64,000 nucleotides of DNA from Thermodesulfobacteriota bacterium (lineage in GTDB: Bacteria > Desulfobacterota > Desulfobulbia > Desulfobulbales > SURF-16), in NCBI GenBank assembly GCA_039715015.1, contig JBDLIE010000013.1, forward strand, positions 1 to 64,000. The letters are read 5' to 3'. The notes under the pieces are model-generated. The model had not been told where the DNA came from, did not search any database, and saw only the letters and a program-made list of their open reading frames with translations. Positions 1 to 8,751 of the stretch are shown one piece after another; position 1 is the stretch's first letter, and each line of letters begins with the position of its first letter. Made by a program: the position numbers and the translations under genes.

Positions 1-76
1 TGGAGGCGGCACCCAGAGTCGAACTGGGGAATAATGGTTTTGCAGACCACTGCCTTAGCCACTTGGCTATGCCGCC
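1..76 (-). tRNA. tRNA-Cys (GCA)
   Basis: Reverse complement reads GGCGGCATAGCCAAGTGGCTAAGGCAGTGGTCTGCAAAACCATTATTCCCCAGTTCGACTCTGGGTGCCGCCTCCA: acceptor stem, GCA anticodon, GTTCGA T-loop and encoded CCA. Confidence 0.96.
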
Positions 77-583
77 TCAAATCTCCTTAGTCAGAAGAGG
101 CGCAATAATAGCCGCTGCTTTTTTTTTTGACAAGCAAAAAAAGGAGCATTTCGACCGATCTCCAGCAGGCAAGTCAGGCAACGAGAAGAGCATTTTCCGG
201 GTTTTAATGATTATCCAATGTACCTATCTGGGTAAAACTGTAGTAAAATAATCAAAGTGGGAATAAAATTTTCGTGAAAAAAAACAGTATGTTACTGTAT
301 GAGTCTTTGATTCATCTAATCCCAAAGTTTATCATTCCAGCTAGAGGACAAAGAGGAAGTAGAATAAGGTTATTTGTGTGTAAATGAAGACAATGGAGAA
401 GGGGAGGAAGAAATTTAGGAATGAGGCATCTTTGCTATTGTAAAGTGCTTAAAATATTTTAAAAAATAATTAGATCGTAGCGCGGAGAATCGCTACAATG
501 TCTAATGAGTTTTCATCACCTGAAGGGTGAGCGTTCAGAGCATAGTGTGCAAAGGGGTCGCGTCGGCCCATAGGAGGAAGTTT

Positions 584-982
584 ATGTACGGGGTAACCCA
601 GGAACAACTCGATAAAATAGATGCTCTTTTAGTGTCAGATCTTATTGGTGTTGGTGTTCACAGTGTTATTGTAGTTGATGTGGCTGGTAACGTTATTGCA
701 GAACATGATGATGGTAAAACTATGATTGAGGTCCACGCCTTTGCCGCCCTGGCTGCCGGGAATTTTGCTGCAGTGGATGCCATGGCCCAGCTTGTTGGAG
801 AACAGGAATTCTCTCTCCACTTTCACAAAGGCCAGGATGAATCAATCTATTTTAGCAAGATTAATAGCGATATTTTGTTGATCACTATTTTTGGCAATGA
901 TGTCTCTCTCGGTTTTATACGCCTCAAGACAACAGAAGTAATTGATAAAATAAAAGAAATCTGGAAGACAACCGAGTATTAA
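584..982 (+). CDS. mglB: Roadblock/LC7 protein, MglB family (GAP for MglA)
   Basis: AALAAGNFAA...EFSLHFHKG...SLGFIRLK is typical of MglB; directly upstream of mglA. Start moved to ATG 584, which follows AGGAGG. Confidence 0.88.
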   Translation: MYGVTQEQLDKIDALLVSDLIGVGVHSVIVVDVAGNVIAEHDDGKTMIEVHAFAALAAGNFAAVDAMAQLVGEQEFSLHFHKGQDESIYFSKINSDILLITIFGNDVSLGFIRLKTTEVIDKIKEIWKTTEY

Positions 983-1028
983 AGTGTAAAGCCGATTGGT
1001 GGATATCATTTTTTAGGTGAGGTATGGT

Positions 1029-1634
1029 TTGGGATTTGTAAACGTCAAAAAAATGGAGGTTCTGGTTAAACTCGTCTATTACGGCCCAGGCCGGGGCGGG
1101 AAGACCACAAACCTCGATTATATTAATCAGAAGTTTAGGGAACGCATTAAAACGGACATGGTCAGCATCAAGACCCATGGCGATCGAACCTTGTTTTTTG
1201 ATTTCCTGCCCGTTGATATTGGCAAAATTAAGGGTTTTGATATCAAGATACAGCTCTATACCGTTCCTGGTCAGGTGAAATATAACGCCACCAGGAAACT
1301 TGTTTTAAAGGGCGTCGACGGCCTGGTTTTTGTCGCAGATTCGCAGGTTGAGATGAGGGAGAAGAATATCAGTTCCTTCAATCAGATGAAGGAAAATCTG
1401 GCCTCGATGAATAAGGATATCTCCAAAATTCCCCTGGTACTTCAATATAACAAGGTTGATCTTGCAGAGGAGGGAGTACCTCTTCTTGATTTTGAGACCC
1501 TGGAGGCAGACCTGAATAGTGACCTCAAGGTTCCCTCCTTCAAAGGCAGTGCTGTCACCGGTTATAATGTGGTCGACACCTTAAAGAAAGCCATCTCTCT
1601 CACCATGGTTTCATTCAAAAAAGAGCTGTTGTAG
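1029..1634 (+). CDS. mglA: MglA small Ras-like GTPase
   Basis: KLVYYGPGRGGKTTNL (G1), DRTLFFDF (G2), YTVPGQV (G3), NKVD (G4). TTG 1029 after GAGG chosen to match the usual MglA N-terminus; GTG 1017 is the alternative. Confidence 0.93.
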   Translation: MGFVNVKKMEVLVKLVYYGPGRGGKTTNLDYINQKFRERIKTDMVSIKTHGDRTLFFDFLPVDIGKIKGFDIKIQLYTVPGQVKYNATRKLVLKGVDGLVFVADSQVEMREKNISSFNQMKENLASMNKDISKIPLVLQYNKVDLAEEGVPLLDFETLEADLNSDLKVPSFKGSAVTGYNVVDTLKKAISLTMVSFKKELL

Positions 1635-1646
1635 GAGATTTTGTTC

Positions 1647-3506
1647 ATGTCCGTTCAAGACACTGCTAAGACTGGTGAAATTCTAGAAAAGCTTAAATCA
1701 GCAATTCTCAATATAGACTGGGAAATCTCTGACGAAAACATCACTCTTCTCAACCAAGAGCTTGCTGAGCTGCGTTCAGCATGGAAGGGGCAGAAGGCAC
1801 ATCTGATTTATCTGCAGATCTTAGGTGCCCTCAGCCATTACATTGCTGCGAATAAAGAGAATGCCAATCCCAGCGCTTTTCCCATGCTCCGTAATGTTTT
1901 TGCCAGTCTTGAGGAGATGGTTATCAATCCGGGAGACGAGGATCAGCAGGGCCAGAAGGTAATGGAGCATGTTGATTCTTATAATGAGTTGAAAAAGGCC
2001 ATTGCTGCAGGGGAGGCTGCTCCTGCCGCAGAACCTGAAGTCCCTCCATCTGAGGCTGAACCTGAACCGGAACCAGAAGTCGCTGCTCAGGAGGAGTCAG
2101 CAGAGGAGCAGGAGGAACCATCAACGATTAATCGCCTCGTACATGATGAGGAAGACCATACCACCGACTCCATTTTTGATTCCATGCTCGATGAGATGGT
2201 GCAGGCGGAATCTCCTGATGATGAACCTGAGACGAAACCGGAACCGGAACCCGAGCCTCAGCCCCCACCAAAATCTCCACCTGCCAGACCTCCTGTCCAG
2301 GCAGCTTATAATAAGGATGATGGAACCGAGATTGAAGCAGACCGTAATATCGCTGATGAGTTTGCCGAGGCTGATGAACTCTTGGATGACTTTTTTGTCG
2401 ATGATGTAGCTCCCCCTGGTGGAGCAGGCGCTGCAGAGGGGGGTGGTGATGAATTTGATCTAAGCGCCTTTGCTGAGAGTGAGGAAGTGCTTGACCTTGA
2501 CGAGGCTGGCCAGGAAGATGTTGAGCCAGGTGAAGCAGAAGAATATTTTGAGTTGAGCCTGGAGGAAAAAATTCCCGCTGAGCCAGAAGTTGCAAATGAA
2601 CTGGATGCTTCTGAGCTTGAAATGGTTGAAGATGTGGGCTTAGACATTTTTAAGGTCGATGACCCGGAAGAAGCTGTTGCTGAACCCACTCCAGCAAAGG
2701 CCAGGGAAGATTTTCTTGAAATGGAACCAGCTCTTGATGATTTCTTTGAAGGAGAGGCTGAGGCTGCGCCCCCCCAGAAGAGTGCTGAAGTTGCAGCTGG
2801 ACCTGCTCCAGAGCAAGACATAGATGAGGTTGATCTAGCACTTGATGATTTCTTTGAGGAGGATGAGCAAACAGCGGCGGCTATCAAAGTCGACATCCCA
2901 GAACCTGATCAAAAAGCTCCTGAGGTTGCAGGAGAGACTTTGGCCGTTGAGGTGGCCACTCCTGTTTCTAAACCTGCGGGTACTGTTGAAGATCTCAAAT
3001 CGTTGCTGCTTTCTGTTGACTGGGAGGTTGATGACCAACTGCTTGAACGGGTTGATAGTGAAATTTCTGTCTTGAAGGAGAATCTGTCTGAAAATCATAC
3101 GGCCCTCCTCCATCTTAATTTTTTGAGTACGGTGATCCACCATATCGGTGGGCAAGAACACTCACAGGTTATCTCCGAATCCATGACCTGTCTTAAGATG
3201 GTTACAGAGAGCCTTGAAAATCTCCTGGCCGGTGATGGTGCTGATGAATCTCAATATGCCGCCCAAGCGGTTTCATCTTTTGTTGACTGGCATGAACTGG
3301 TTGTTGCCGAGTTCGAGAAGCGTCTTGATGAGGTCAAGCGGCAGGGGGGGGATTTAGCCGAAAGTATCGAGGCTTTAGAGCTTGAAACTGGCGAAGGAGA
3401 AAGCACTGAGACCCAAAAGCTGAAGACAGAGATTCTCTCAGAGGTCCGCAAAATTCTCTCTCAGGAGATGAAGGCCATCCGCCAGGAACTTCTGGTTAAA
3501 GACTAA
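1647..3506 (+). CDS. Highly acidic protein with two homologous helical domains and a D/E/P-rich linker; function unknown
   Basis: Long ORF just after mglA with AGGAG RBS; internal repeat LKSAILNIDWEISDE / LKSLLLSVDWEVDDQ; three LDDFF motifs. Confidence 0.8.
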   Translation: MSVQDTAKTGEILEKLKSAILNIDWEISDENITLLNQELAELRSAWKGQKAHLIYLQILGALSHYIAANKENANPSAFPMLRNVFASLEEMVINPGDEDQQGQKVMEHVDSYNELKKAIAAGEAAPAAEPEVPPSEAEPEPEPEVAAQEESAEEQEEPSTINRLVHDEEDHTTDSIFDSMLDEMVQAESPDDEPETKPEPEPEPQPPPKSPPARPPVQAAYNKDDGTEIEADRNIADEFAEADELLDDFFVDDVAPPGGAGAAEGGGDEFDLSAFAESEEVLDLDEAGQEDVEPGEAEEYFELSLEEKIPAEPEVANELDASELEMVEDVGLDIFKVDDPEEAVAEPTPAKAREDFLEMEPALDDFFEGEAEAAPPQKSAEVAAGPAPEQDIDEVDLALDDFFEEDEQTAAAIKVDIPEPDQKAPEVAGETLAVEVATPVSKPAGTVEDLKSLLLSVDWEVDDQLLERVDSEISVLKENLSENHTALLHLNFLSTVIHHIGGQEHSQVISESMTCLKMVTESLENLLAGDGADESQYAAQAVSSFVDWHELVVAEFEKRLDEVKRQGGDLAESIEALELETGEGESTETQKLKTEILSEVRKILSQEMKAIRQELLVKD

Positions 3507-3520
3507 ATAAAAGTGAAGTC

Positions 3521-4354
3521 ATGTTAGTATTTTGTGAGGATTGTGGCAAAAGGCACTCTGTCACTGAGGGCGGCGATGAGAATGGTCGCCTGCAGTTTCG
3601 TTGCGATGCCTGTGGTTTCCTCATAACTGCCACCTCAGTGCCCCCCAAAGTACGGAAGGCCAGCGCCCCTGATTCTGCGGTGGTTCTCTCCTGTTCCCAT
3701 GATGAACTTGATTTCGGCTCTGTTCCCGGTGATGAAGAGGCCGGGAAGACTCTTTTTCTGGCCTCCCAGGATGGCCGTAAGGTCGAGCTGGAAGTGAAGG
3801 TCCTTTCAGACCTGAAAGGCAATATCACCGTGGAACGGGTTTCAACCAACGCCTTTAAAGTCCGTATGGTCGCTGCTGCAAAGATGGGGGCTGATCTGCT
3901 CACTGTCTATGATGGCCCTGCTGTGGAATTTTTTGATACTATCTCCGGCGCTCTTTATACCATCCCTGTCGTCTTCAGTCGGCTTAAACCCTCTTTTGCC
4001 CTAAAGCCAGACTTGGTTGATTTGGGTAAAATCAAGACAGACGTTCTCACTGAGGGGGATTTTGTTATAGAAAATTGTACAGCTTCGCCCCTCGTTGTCA
4101 CGGTCACTCCTGATCCCCAATATTTTTCTTTAACAAGTGTTTTTAACCTTATTTCAGACAGAAACTTGATCCTGGCCGGAGGCGAGGAAAGGGAAATTCT
4201 ATTTTCGGTGCGCTTAAGCGGGGAAGCTGGCTCTGCTGAGCAGTTTGACCAGATTATACTTGTCACTGCCAGTGACAATGATGAAAGACCGGCGCAAAAG
4301 GTGAGGGTCAAAGCGTCTCTGGAGCTATCAAACACAGGCCTTGACAATGAATAG
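3521..4354 (+). CDS. N-terminal zinc-ribbon protein with probable Ig-like beta-sandwich domains
   Basis: CEDC...CDAC pair at the N-terminus; LDFGSV and VDLGKI...FVIEN segments resemble ASH/DUF1573-like Ig folds. Confidence 0.7.
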   Translation: MLVFCEDCGKRHSVTEGGDENGRLQFRCDACGFLITATSVPPKVRKASAPDSAVVLSCSHDELDFGSVPGDEEAGKTLFLASQDGRKVELEVKVLSDLKGNITVERVSTNAFKVRMVAAAKMGADLLTVYDGPAVEFFDTISGALYTIPVVFSRLKPSFALKPDLVDLGKIKTDVLTEGDFVIENCTASPLVVTVTPDPQYFSLTSVFNLISDRNLILAGGEEREILFSVRLSGEAGSAEQFDQIILVTASDNDERPAQKVRVKASLELSNTGLDNE

Positions 4355-4450
4355 AGCATAGTGTGAAGTTTAGATGGGTGGCGAAGAAAATTTGCCGACA
4401 AGAATCACTCGTTCCAAATAGACATAAAGATAAAGTGGGGGCACGGGTAT

Positions 4451-4804
4451 ATGGAGCGCATTATTGACGGGTTGGTAGATTCCGTTGAAGAAATCAGTGG
4501 GGTCTATCTCTATGATTTTCATAAGAATATTGTTTTAAATCGGATGCCTGAGACCTTCAGCGAAGAGAGTCTCGTGGTTCTCGCCGAAAAAATGAGCCGT
4601 AATCTCAGTCTGGGCAAAGGACGTTACCCTGATATTGCCGAGGTATCCCTACATTTTGCCGATACCAACATCACCGCCAAGGAGATGCGCAGCGACCGCC
4701 TGCTTATTGTCATGTTTAACCCCTCTGTTAATAAGCAGAAGCTTCATATGTCGTTGGAACTGGCTCTGGAGAGTTTGGCCGAAGCTGCCGTGGAGGGGCT
4801 CTGA
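4451..4804 (+). CDS. Roadblock/LC7-like protein
   Basis: 117 aa with helix, GVYLYD strand, helix and LLIVMF strand pattern of the roadblock fold; mgl context. Confidence 0.6.
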   Translation: MERIIDGLVDSVEEISGVYLYDFHKNIVLNRMPETFSEESLVVLAEKMSRNLSLGKGRYPDIAEVSLHFADTNITAKEMRSDRLLIVMFNPSVNKQKLHMSLELALESLAEAAVEGL

Positions 4805-4806
4805 TC

Positions 4807-5154
4807 ATGATGACCTTGCACGACTTTAGCCAGGTGAAAGATGTTGTCGGTGTGACTGAGTATGTCCTTGTCCGGCAGGATGGACTTCCCATGGTCTATG
4901 ATGCCGTTGACCACGAGGGCCTCGCGCAGGTTGTTATGCTCTGCGGCACAAATTGTGATGCCATTAAGGCTGGGATTCCCAGCCGTTTCAACTATTTTCT
5001 TTTCAGTCGAGAATGCGGTGAACATCTCTTGGTTTTTCCGGTGGGGGGGTATTATCTGGGTGTTATCCAGAACCCTTCAGTGGAGAGTTCACATGTTGCT
5101 CTTTCTGTTACGAATTTTATTCGTAATCTTGTTCGCAAAGCAAAGAGAAAATAG
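4807..5154 (+). CDS. Roadblock/LC7-like protein
   Basis: GVTEYVLVRQDG...LLVFPVGGYYLGV pattern; GGAGG RBS; 2 bp after the previous gene. Confidence 0.65.
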   Translation: MMTLHDFSQVKDVVGVTEYVLVRQDGLPMVYDAVDHEGLAQVVMLCGTNCDAIKAGIPSRFNYFLFSRECGEHLLVFPVGGYYLGVIQNPSVESSHVALSVTNFIRNLVRKAKRK

Positions 5155-5187
5155 GGGCATATTTTCGAAAGTACCGTGTGAGTTGAT

Positions 5188-5233
5188 AAAAAAAAGGCCG
5201 CTGTTTTCCCCATGGGAAGGCAGCGGCCTTTTT
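5188..5233. terminator. Bidirectional rho-independent terminator
   Basis: AAAAAGGCCGCTG...CAGCGGCCTTTTT inverted repeat between convergent genes. Confidence 0.85.
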
Positions 5234-5238
5234 GTTGC

Positions 5239-5445
5239 TTAACAACCCTCAATAGCCTTTTGTTTTTTGGCAGCTCTTATCTTTACCTCATCTCCGATTT
5301 TGAAAGTGTCTGCCTTGCTCCCACAATCAAGACTTATGGTGCCGTCCTTGATTGCGGTTATTTTGCATTTTGTCGTTGCGGCCAGGGCCTGGTTTGAGGC
5401 CATGGCAAGAAACAGGGCCAGGGTTAAGGTGAGTGCTTTTTTCAT
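5239..5445 (-). CDS. Small exported protein with C-terminal KKQKAIEGC tail (ExtJ-like)
   Basis: Signal peptide MKKALTLTLALFLAMASNQALA; AAGGAG RBS; small beta domain and terminal EGC recall the Geobacter ExtJ family (from memory, not searched). Confidence 0.65.
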   Translation of the reverse strand: MKKALTLTLALFLAMASNQALAATTKCKITAIKDGTISLDCGSKADTFKIGDEVKIRAAKKQKAIEGC

Positions 5446-5520
5446 GGTCATCTTCTCCTTAAGATTGATGGTTTTGCCTTGAGGGCGCCCATAAAGGCGC
5501 ACCGGTTTATTCGGTTTTAC

Positions 5521-5970
5521 TTATGAAGGTTTGTGGCATCCTTTGCAGGAGGTGGGGCCGGTGGCAACCTTGGCCTTTTTCATGCTCTTGTGGCACTTAA
5601 GGCAGAGAGCATGCATATATTTTTTCACTCCACCAGCTTCCTCAACCTTTTTGGCCTGCCTCTGCTTAGTTGATTCAGATTGGATATCTTCGACGCTGTT
5701 GGCCCCTGCATGACAGGCTACACAGGTGGACTGATCGGCATTGGTTATGCCGGCATGGGCCCTATTGTTTTTGATGAAAGTCGAAGCATGTTTAGCGTGA
5801 CTAAAGCCGGGTACTTTTTTGCTGTCTTTACTCGTAGCACTTAATGCCGGGTTTGATGCTTGGAGATTAATGTCAATAGTCTCAGGGATGTCAGCGGCCA
5901 GGGAGCTTGTGTTGAGTCCAAACAACAGGACTGCTGCTGTAAACAATGATCTGGGGAATTTTCTTTTCAT
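5521..5970 (-). CDS. Periplasmic class III cytochrome c, triheme (c7-like)
   Basis: Signal peptide; FSHAKH; CVACH, CLKCH and GPTSCKGCH heme motifs. Confidence 0.88.
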   Translation of the reverse strand: MKRKFPRSLFTAAVLLFGLNTSSLAADIPETIDINLQASNPALSATSKDSKKVPGFSHAKHASTFIKNNRAHAGITNADQSTCVACHAGANSVEDIQSESTKQRQAKKVEEAGGVKKYMHALCLKCHKSMKKAKVATGPTSCKGCHKPS

Positions 5971-6233
5971 GATCTCTCCTTTACTGGTGGTTAGTGAAAA
6001 AATCCTCTTGCCTACACTTTAGGAGGGCTGGGGGAAAAGAAAAAGCTGACATGGGGTGATGTGGGGTGGTGAGGTCGGGCGATGTCGAGTGTTAGTTCCG
6101 TTAATACAGGTAGTTGCGTTTTGCGGTGTCGGGATCATTTAGGGTGGGAGCTGAGAATTCCTGCTTGAAAAAAGTCGGTGAAGGCGTACAATGTGGCGAA
6201 ATTACAACCTGAAATTCATCCAGAAAAATAGTT

Positions 6234-7151
6234 TTGAATAATAAAGATCTCCAGCCCGGTCCCCCAATGGTTCGCATCGATGGCAGCCTTGTCCGCAAAT
6301 TGCGCGAAGAAAAGGGTTTGACTCAGCTTTACCTCGCCACTGCCGTAGGGGTAACCACGGACACTATTTCCAGGTGGGAAAACAGGCATTACCAATCCGT
6401 TAAAAAGGAAAATGGTGTGCGGTTGGCTGCTGCCCTTGAGGTTACGCTTGAGGCCATTCTCGAAGAAGAAGAGGTGAGAGAAGAGCCTGGCAAGGCTGAG
6501 CTTAATAAGGCTCCTGTCAGCCTTGGTCCAGAGCGGAAAAACAAGACACTTTTCCTTTCTTTGTTAAGTCTTTTCTTGGTGCTTGTTGCCCTTGTTTTCT
6601 ATTTTCTCCAGCAAGAACCGGAACCGGAAATCATCCTGCAGGCAAGCAGGAAAACGCCCTCCCATGCCATGCCCGGTTATCCTTTCCCGGTGGTAATAAC
6701 AGTGGAGTCGAGCACACAGCCCCTTTCAGTAGTGATTAAAGAATCTTTACCGGCAAACATTCGTGTCACTTCCTCCTCAGCAAATTTGCACCCGGATGGC
6801 AAGGCTGAGCTGAAATGGATAGTCAAGCATCTGAAAGGTGTACAGCGGTTTGGGTATATGGTTACCAACGCTGGCCAGGCTGATCTCCATTTCCATGGGA
6901 CGGTGACCAGCAGGGCTGGCCGCGACAGAGAGGTCGTAATCGGCGGCAGGCAGTCTCTAACCATGTCACCCTTTCACTGGGGTGACAGCAACCAGGACGG
7001 CATTATCAGCGATGATGAGATTCTGGTGATTTATGATGAGTTTGATGATGTGGCCGGCCTGACTGTTGATATCGATCTGGTGGATGAAATCTGGATGGCC
7101 AGCGGCTATAAGTGGAACGCCGATAAAAAGCTTTTTGAGGTCATTCCTTAG
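6234..7151 (+). CDS. Membrane-anchored XRE-family HTH regulator with periplasmic domain and EF-hand/dockerin-like motif
   Basis: RKLREEKGLTQLYLATAVGVTTDTISRWEN (HTH_3); TM segment LFLSLLSLFLVLVALVFYFL; DSNQDGIISDDE Ca-binding loop. Start may be ATG 6267. Confidence 0.8.
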   Translation: MNNKDLQPGPPMVRIDGSLVRKLREEKGLTQLYLATAVGVTTDTISRWENRHYQSVKKENGVRLAAALEVTLEAILEEEEVREEPGKAELNKAPVSLGPERKNKTLFLSLLSLFLVLVALVFYFLQQEPEPEIILQASRKTPSHAMPGYPFPVVITVESSTQPLSVVIKESLPANIRVTSSSANLHPDGKAELKWIVKHLKGVQRFGYMVTNAGQADLHFHGTVTSRAGRDREVVIGGRQSLTMSPFHWGDSNQDGIISDDEILVIYDEFDDVAGLTVDIDLVDEIWMASGYKWNADKKLFEVIP

Positions 7152-7307
7152 GGCTGAAAAGATGGCAGGGCATCCCAGAGTTTTTCAGGACAACCAGGGA
7201 GGGTGCTTGTCTTGATTTGAAGCCCATGGCCTGGCAGCCATATGGGTGGGCCGGCTCATGGGTGATGTAGAAGTTACGGCACTTGAAACAGTTTGGATTC
7301 TTACTGC

Positions 7308-7973
7308 TCACAACCAGATGTCCTCTTTCTTAGCAACCCTTGCAAGCCCTTTAAGAAGAACGAAACGGCCCAGGGAAATGACCTCTCCTGGAAAACTTTT
7401 GACAAAAAGCGGATTGTTACAGAGTCCCCCGGAGAGATAGGTCCTGCTCGGTTCGCCGGCAAAGCGGTAGGCATTAATGGCAATTGATTTTACAAAACTG
7501 GCCACCGCCTTTTCTTCGCTGTTTCCTGCTGAAATTTCATCAAAAATCTGACTCATGCCCAGGACGCCGCAGGTCACGGAGAAGGATTTGTTGGGCACCG
7601 GGAGTTGCTGGTAGTCGATATTATAGTACCGTCCTAAAAGCTCAATGGTGAAGCCCATGGATGCCCCGCATTCAGCATTCCAACCCATATCTGCCAAACG
7701 CCTTTTTTCATAACGAACAAACTTGATGTCGCGGCTGCCGCAGTCAAGCAGGGTGAAGTCATCATCGTCAATCAGCTGCTCTCCGCCGCGGGCCAGGGCG
7801 GTCAACTCGTTGACGTATTGATCTGTATAACGCTTGCCGTTATGACCGGTGGCCATATCCACCCGCAACTCCCTGCTCAGATTCTTGGCAGGTTCAAGGT
7901 AGGGGGTCGGGTTTGGGGCGGCCAGATCTATGAACTTTGCATAGGTGGTGCCGAAATCAGCAAGAAGCATCAT
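7308..7973 (-). CDS. BadF/BcrAD-type ASKHA ATPase (dehydratase activase-like)
   Basis: ADFGTTYAK, ATGHNG, VNELTALARG, LDCGSRDIK, NAECGASMG, SVTCGVLG, LSGG. Start ATG 7973 follows GGAG. Confidence 0.8.
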   Translation of the reverse strand: MMLLADFGTTYAKFIDLAAPNPTPYLEPAKNLSRELRVDMATGHNGKRYTDQYVNELTALARGGEQLIDDDDFTLLDCGSRDIKFVRYEKRRLADMGWNAECGASMGFTIELLGRYYNIDYQQLPVPNKSFSVTCGVLGMSQIFDEISAGNSEEKAVASFVKSIAINAYRFAGEPSRTYLSGGLCNNPLFVKSFPGEVISLGRFVLLKGLARVAKKEDIWL

Positions 7974-8748
7974 AGACTCCTGAAAGTTCGAGAAATGCCT
8001 GGATCTTGGCACGAATAGAACTCCCTGCGCTGATATCACTGTCCAGAAAAAGGGCGCGTGGATGTTTGCTGGCTAGATGCTTGGCCAGGGCCGTCTTGGC
8101 GCAGAATGACTGGGCAAAAAAGACGGTGGGCAGATCCGGATTGTAATGGGATTCCAGCTTCAGGTCTGCCGGGGTCTTGTTTTCCATGCAGCGGCTCCAA
8201 CCGTAAACATGGGTGGTGGGCGGAAAAAGAGCGAGCAGCGAAAAGTCCCGGGGCGGCACCCCCCAGAAACCGGCTGTGGCCCTACAAACGGGGAGCTCTT
8301 CATGCTGGCCTGTGGTTTGGATTGACTTGCATATCCGCGCCATTTTTTCAGGGAGGTTTAAATCCGTTTTACAGAGGGGGGTTCCAAAGGGGGTGGTGTC
8401 GATGTTGCGGGTCTGGATGACAGGAATTTCCAGTCGATCTGCCAGGATGGTGGCAACATGGAGAGCGCAATCGCATTTTCCAGGGCCGACATCAATAACA
8501 ATAGCCTTTAGGTCAAGATGAAGACTGTTTATAACAACGGTACGCAGAATGGCACAATAGACCCTGGGCAGATAGAGGATGGTTTCCTCCATGTCCCGTT
8601 TGACGATGCTCTCATCAAGGTCAAAGATGGAGGCATTGCTTTTTTCCAGGGCAGCCATCACCTCTAAGGGAGGGACGCCGACAATGCCCACAGGAGCACC
8701 GGGCGGCAAGCTTTCGAGAAATGAGATGTCCTTGGAGGGAGGTAGCAT
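7957..8748 (-). CDS. Cys-containing protein resembling a shortened 2-hydroxyacyl-CoA dehydratase D/DCCP-like subunit
   Basis: YCAI, DVGPGKCDC, RCMENK, FAQSFCAK and a C-terminal AKIQAFLEL; overlaps the activase start. Confidence 0.55.
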   Translation of the reverse strand: MLPPSKDISFLESLPPGAPVGIVGVPPLEVMAALEKSNASIFDLDESIVKRDMEETILYLPRVYCAILRTVVINSLHLDLKAIVIDVGPGKCDCALHVATILADRLEIPVIQTRNIDTTPFGTPLCKTDLNLPEKMARICKSIQTTGQHEELPVCRATAGFWGVPPRDFSLLALFPPTTHVYGWSRCMENKTPADLKLESHYNPDLPTVFFAQSFCAKTALAKHLASKHPRALFLDSDISAGSSIRAKIQAFLELSGVYDASC

Positions 8749-8751
8749 AAT

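Noticed and set aside
2020..2270. CRISPR-like or tandem DNA repeats (GAACCG runs)
   Set aside because: They encode Glu-Pro low-complexity protein and have no repeat-spacer structure.
1..5233. tRNA-anchored genomic island
   Set aside because: The tRNA 3' end points out of the window, and no integrase or att duplication is seen.
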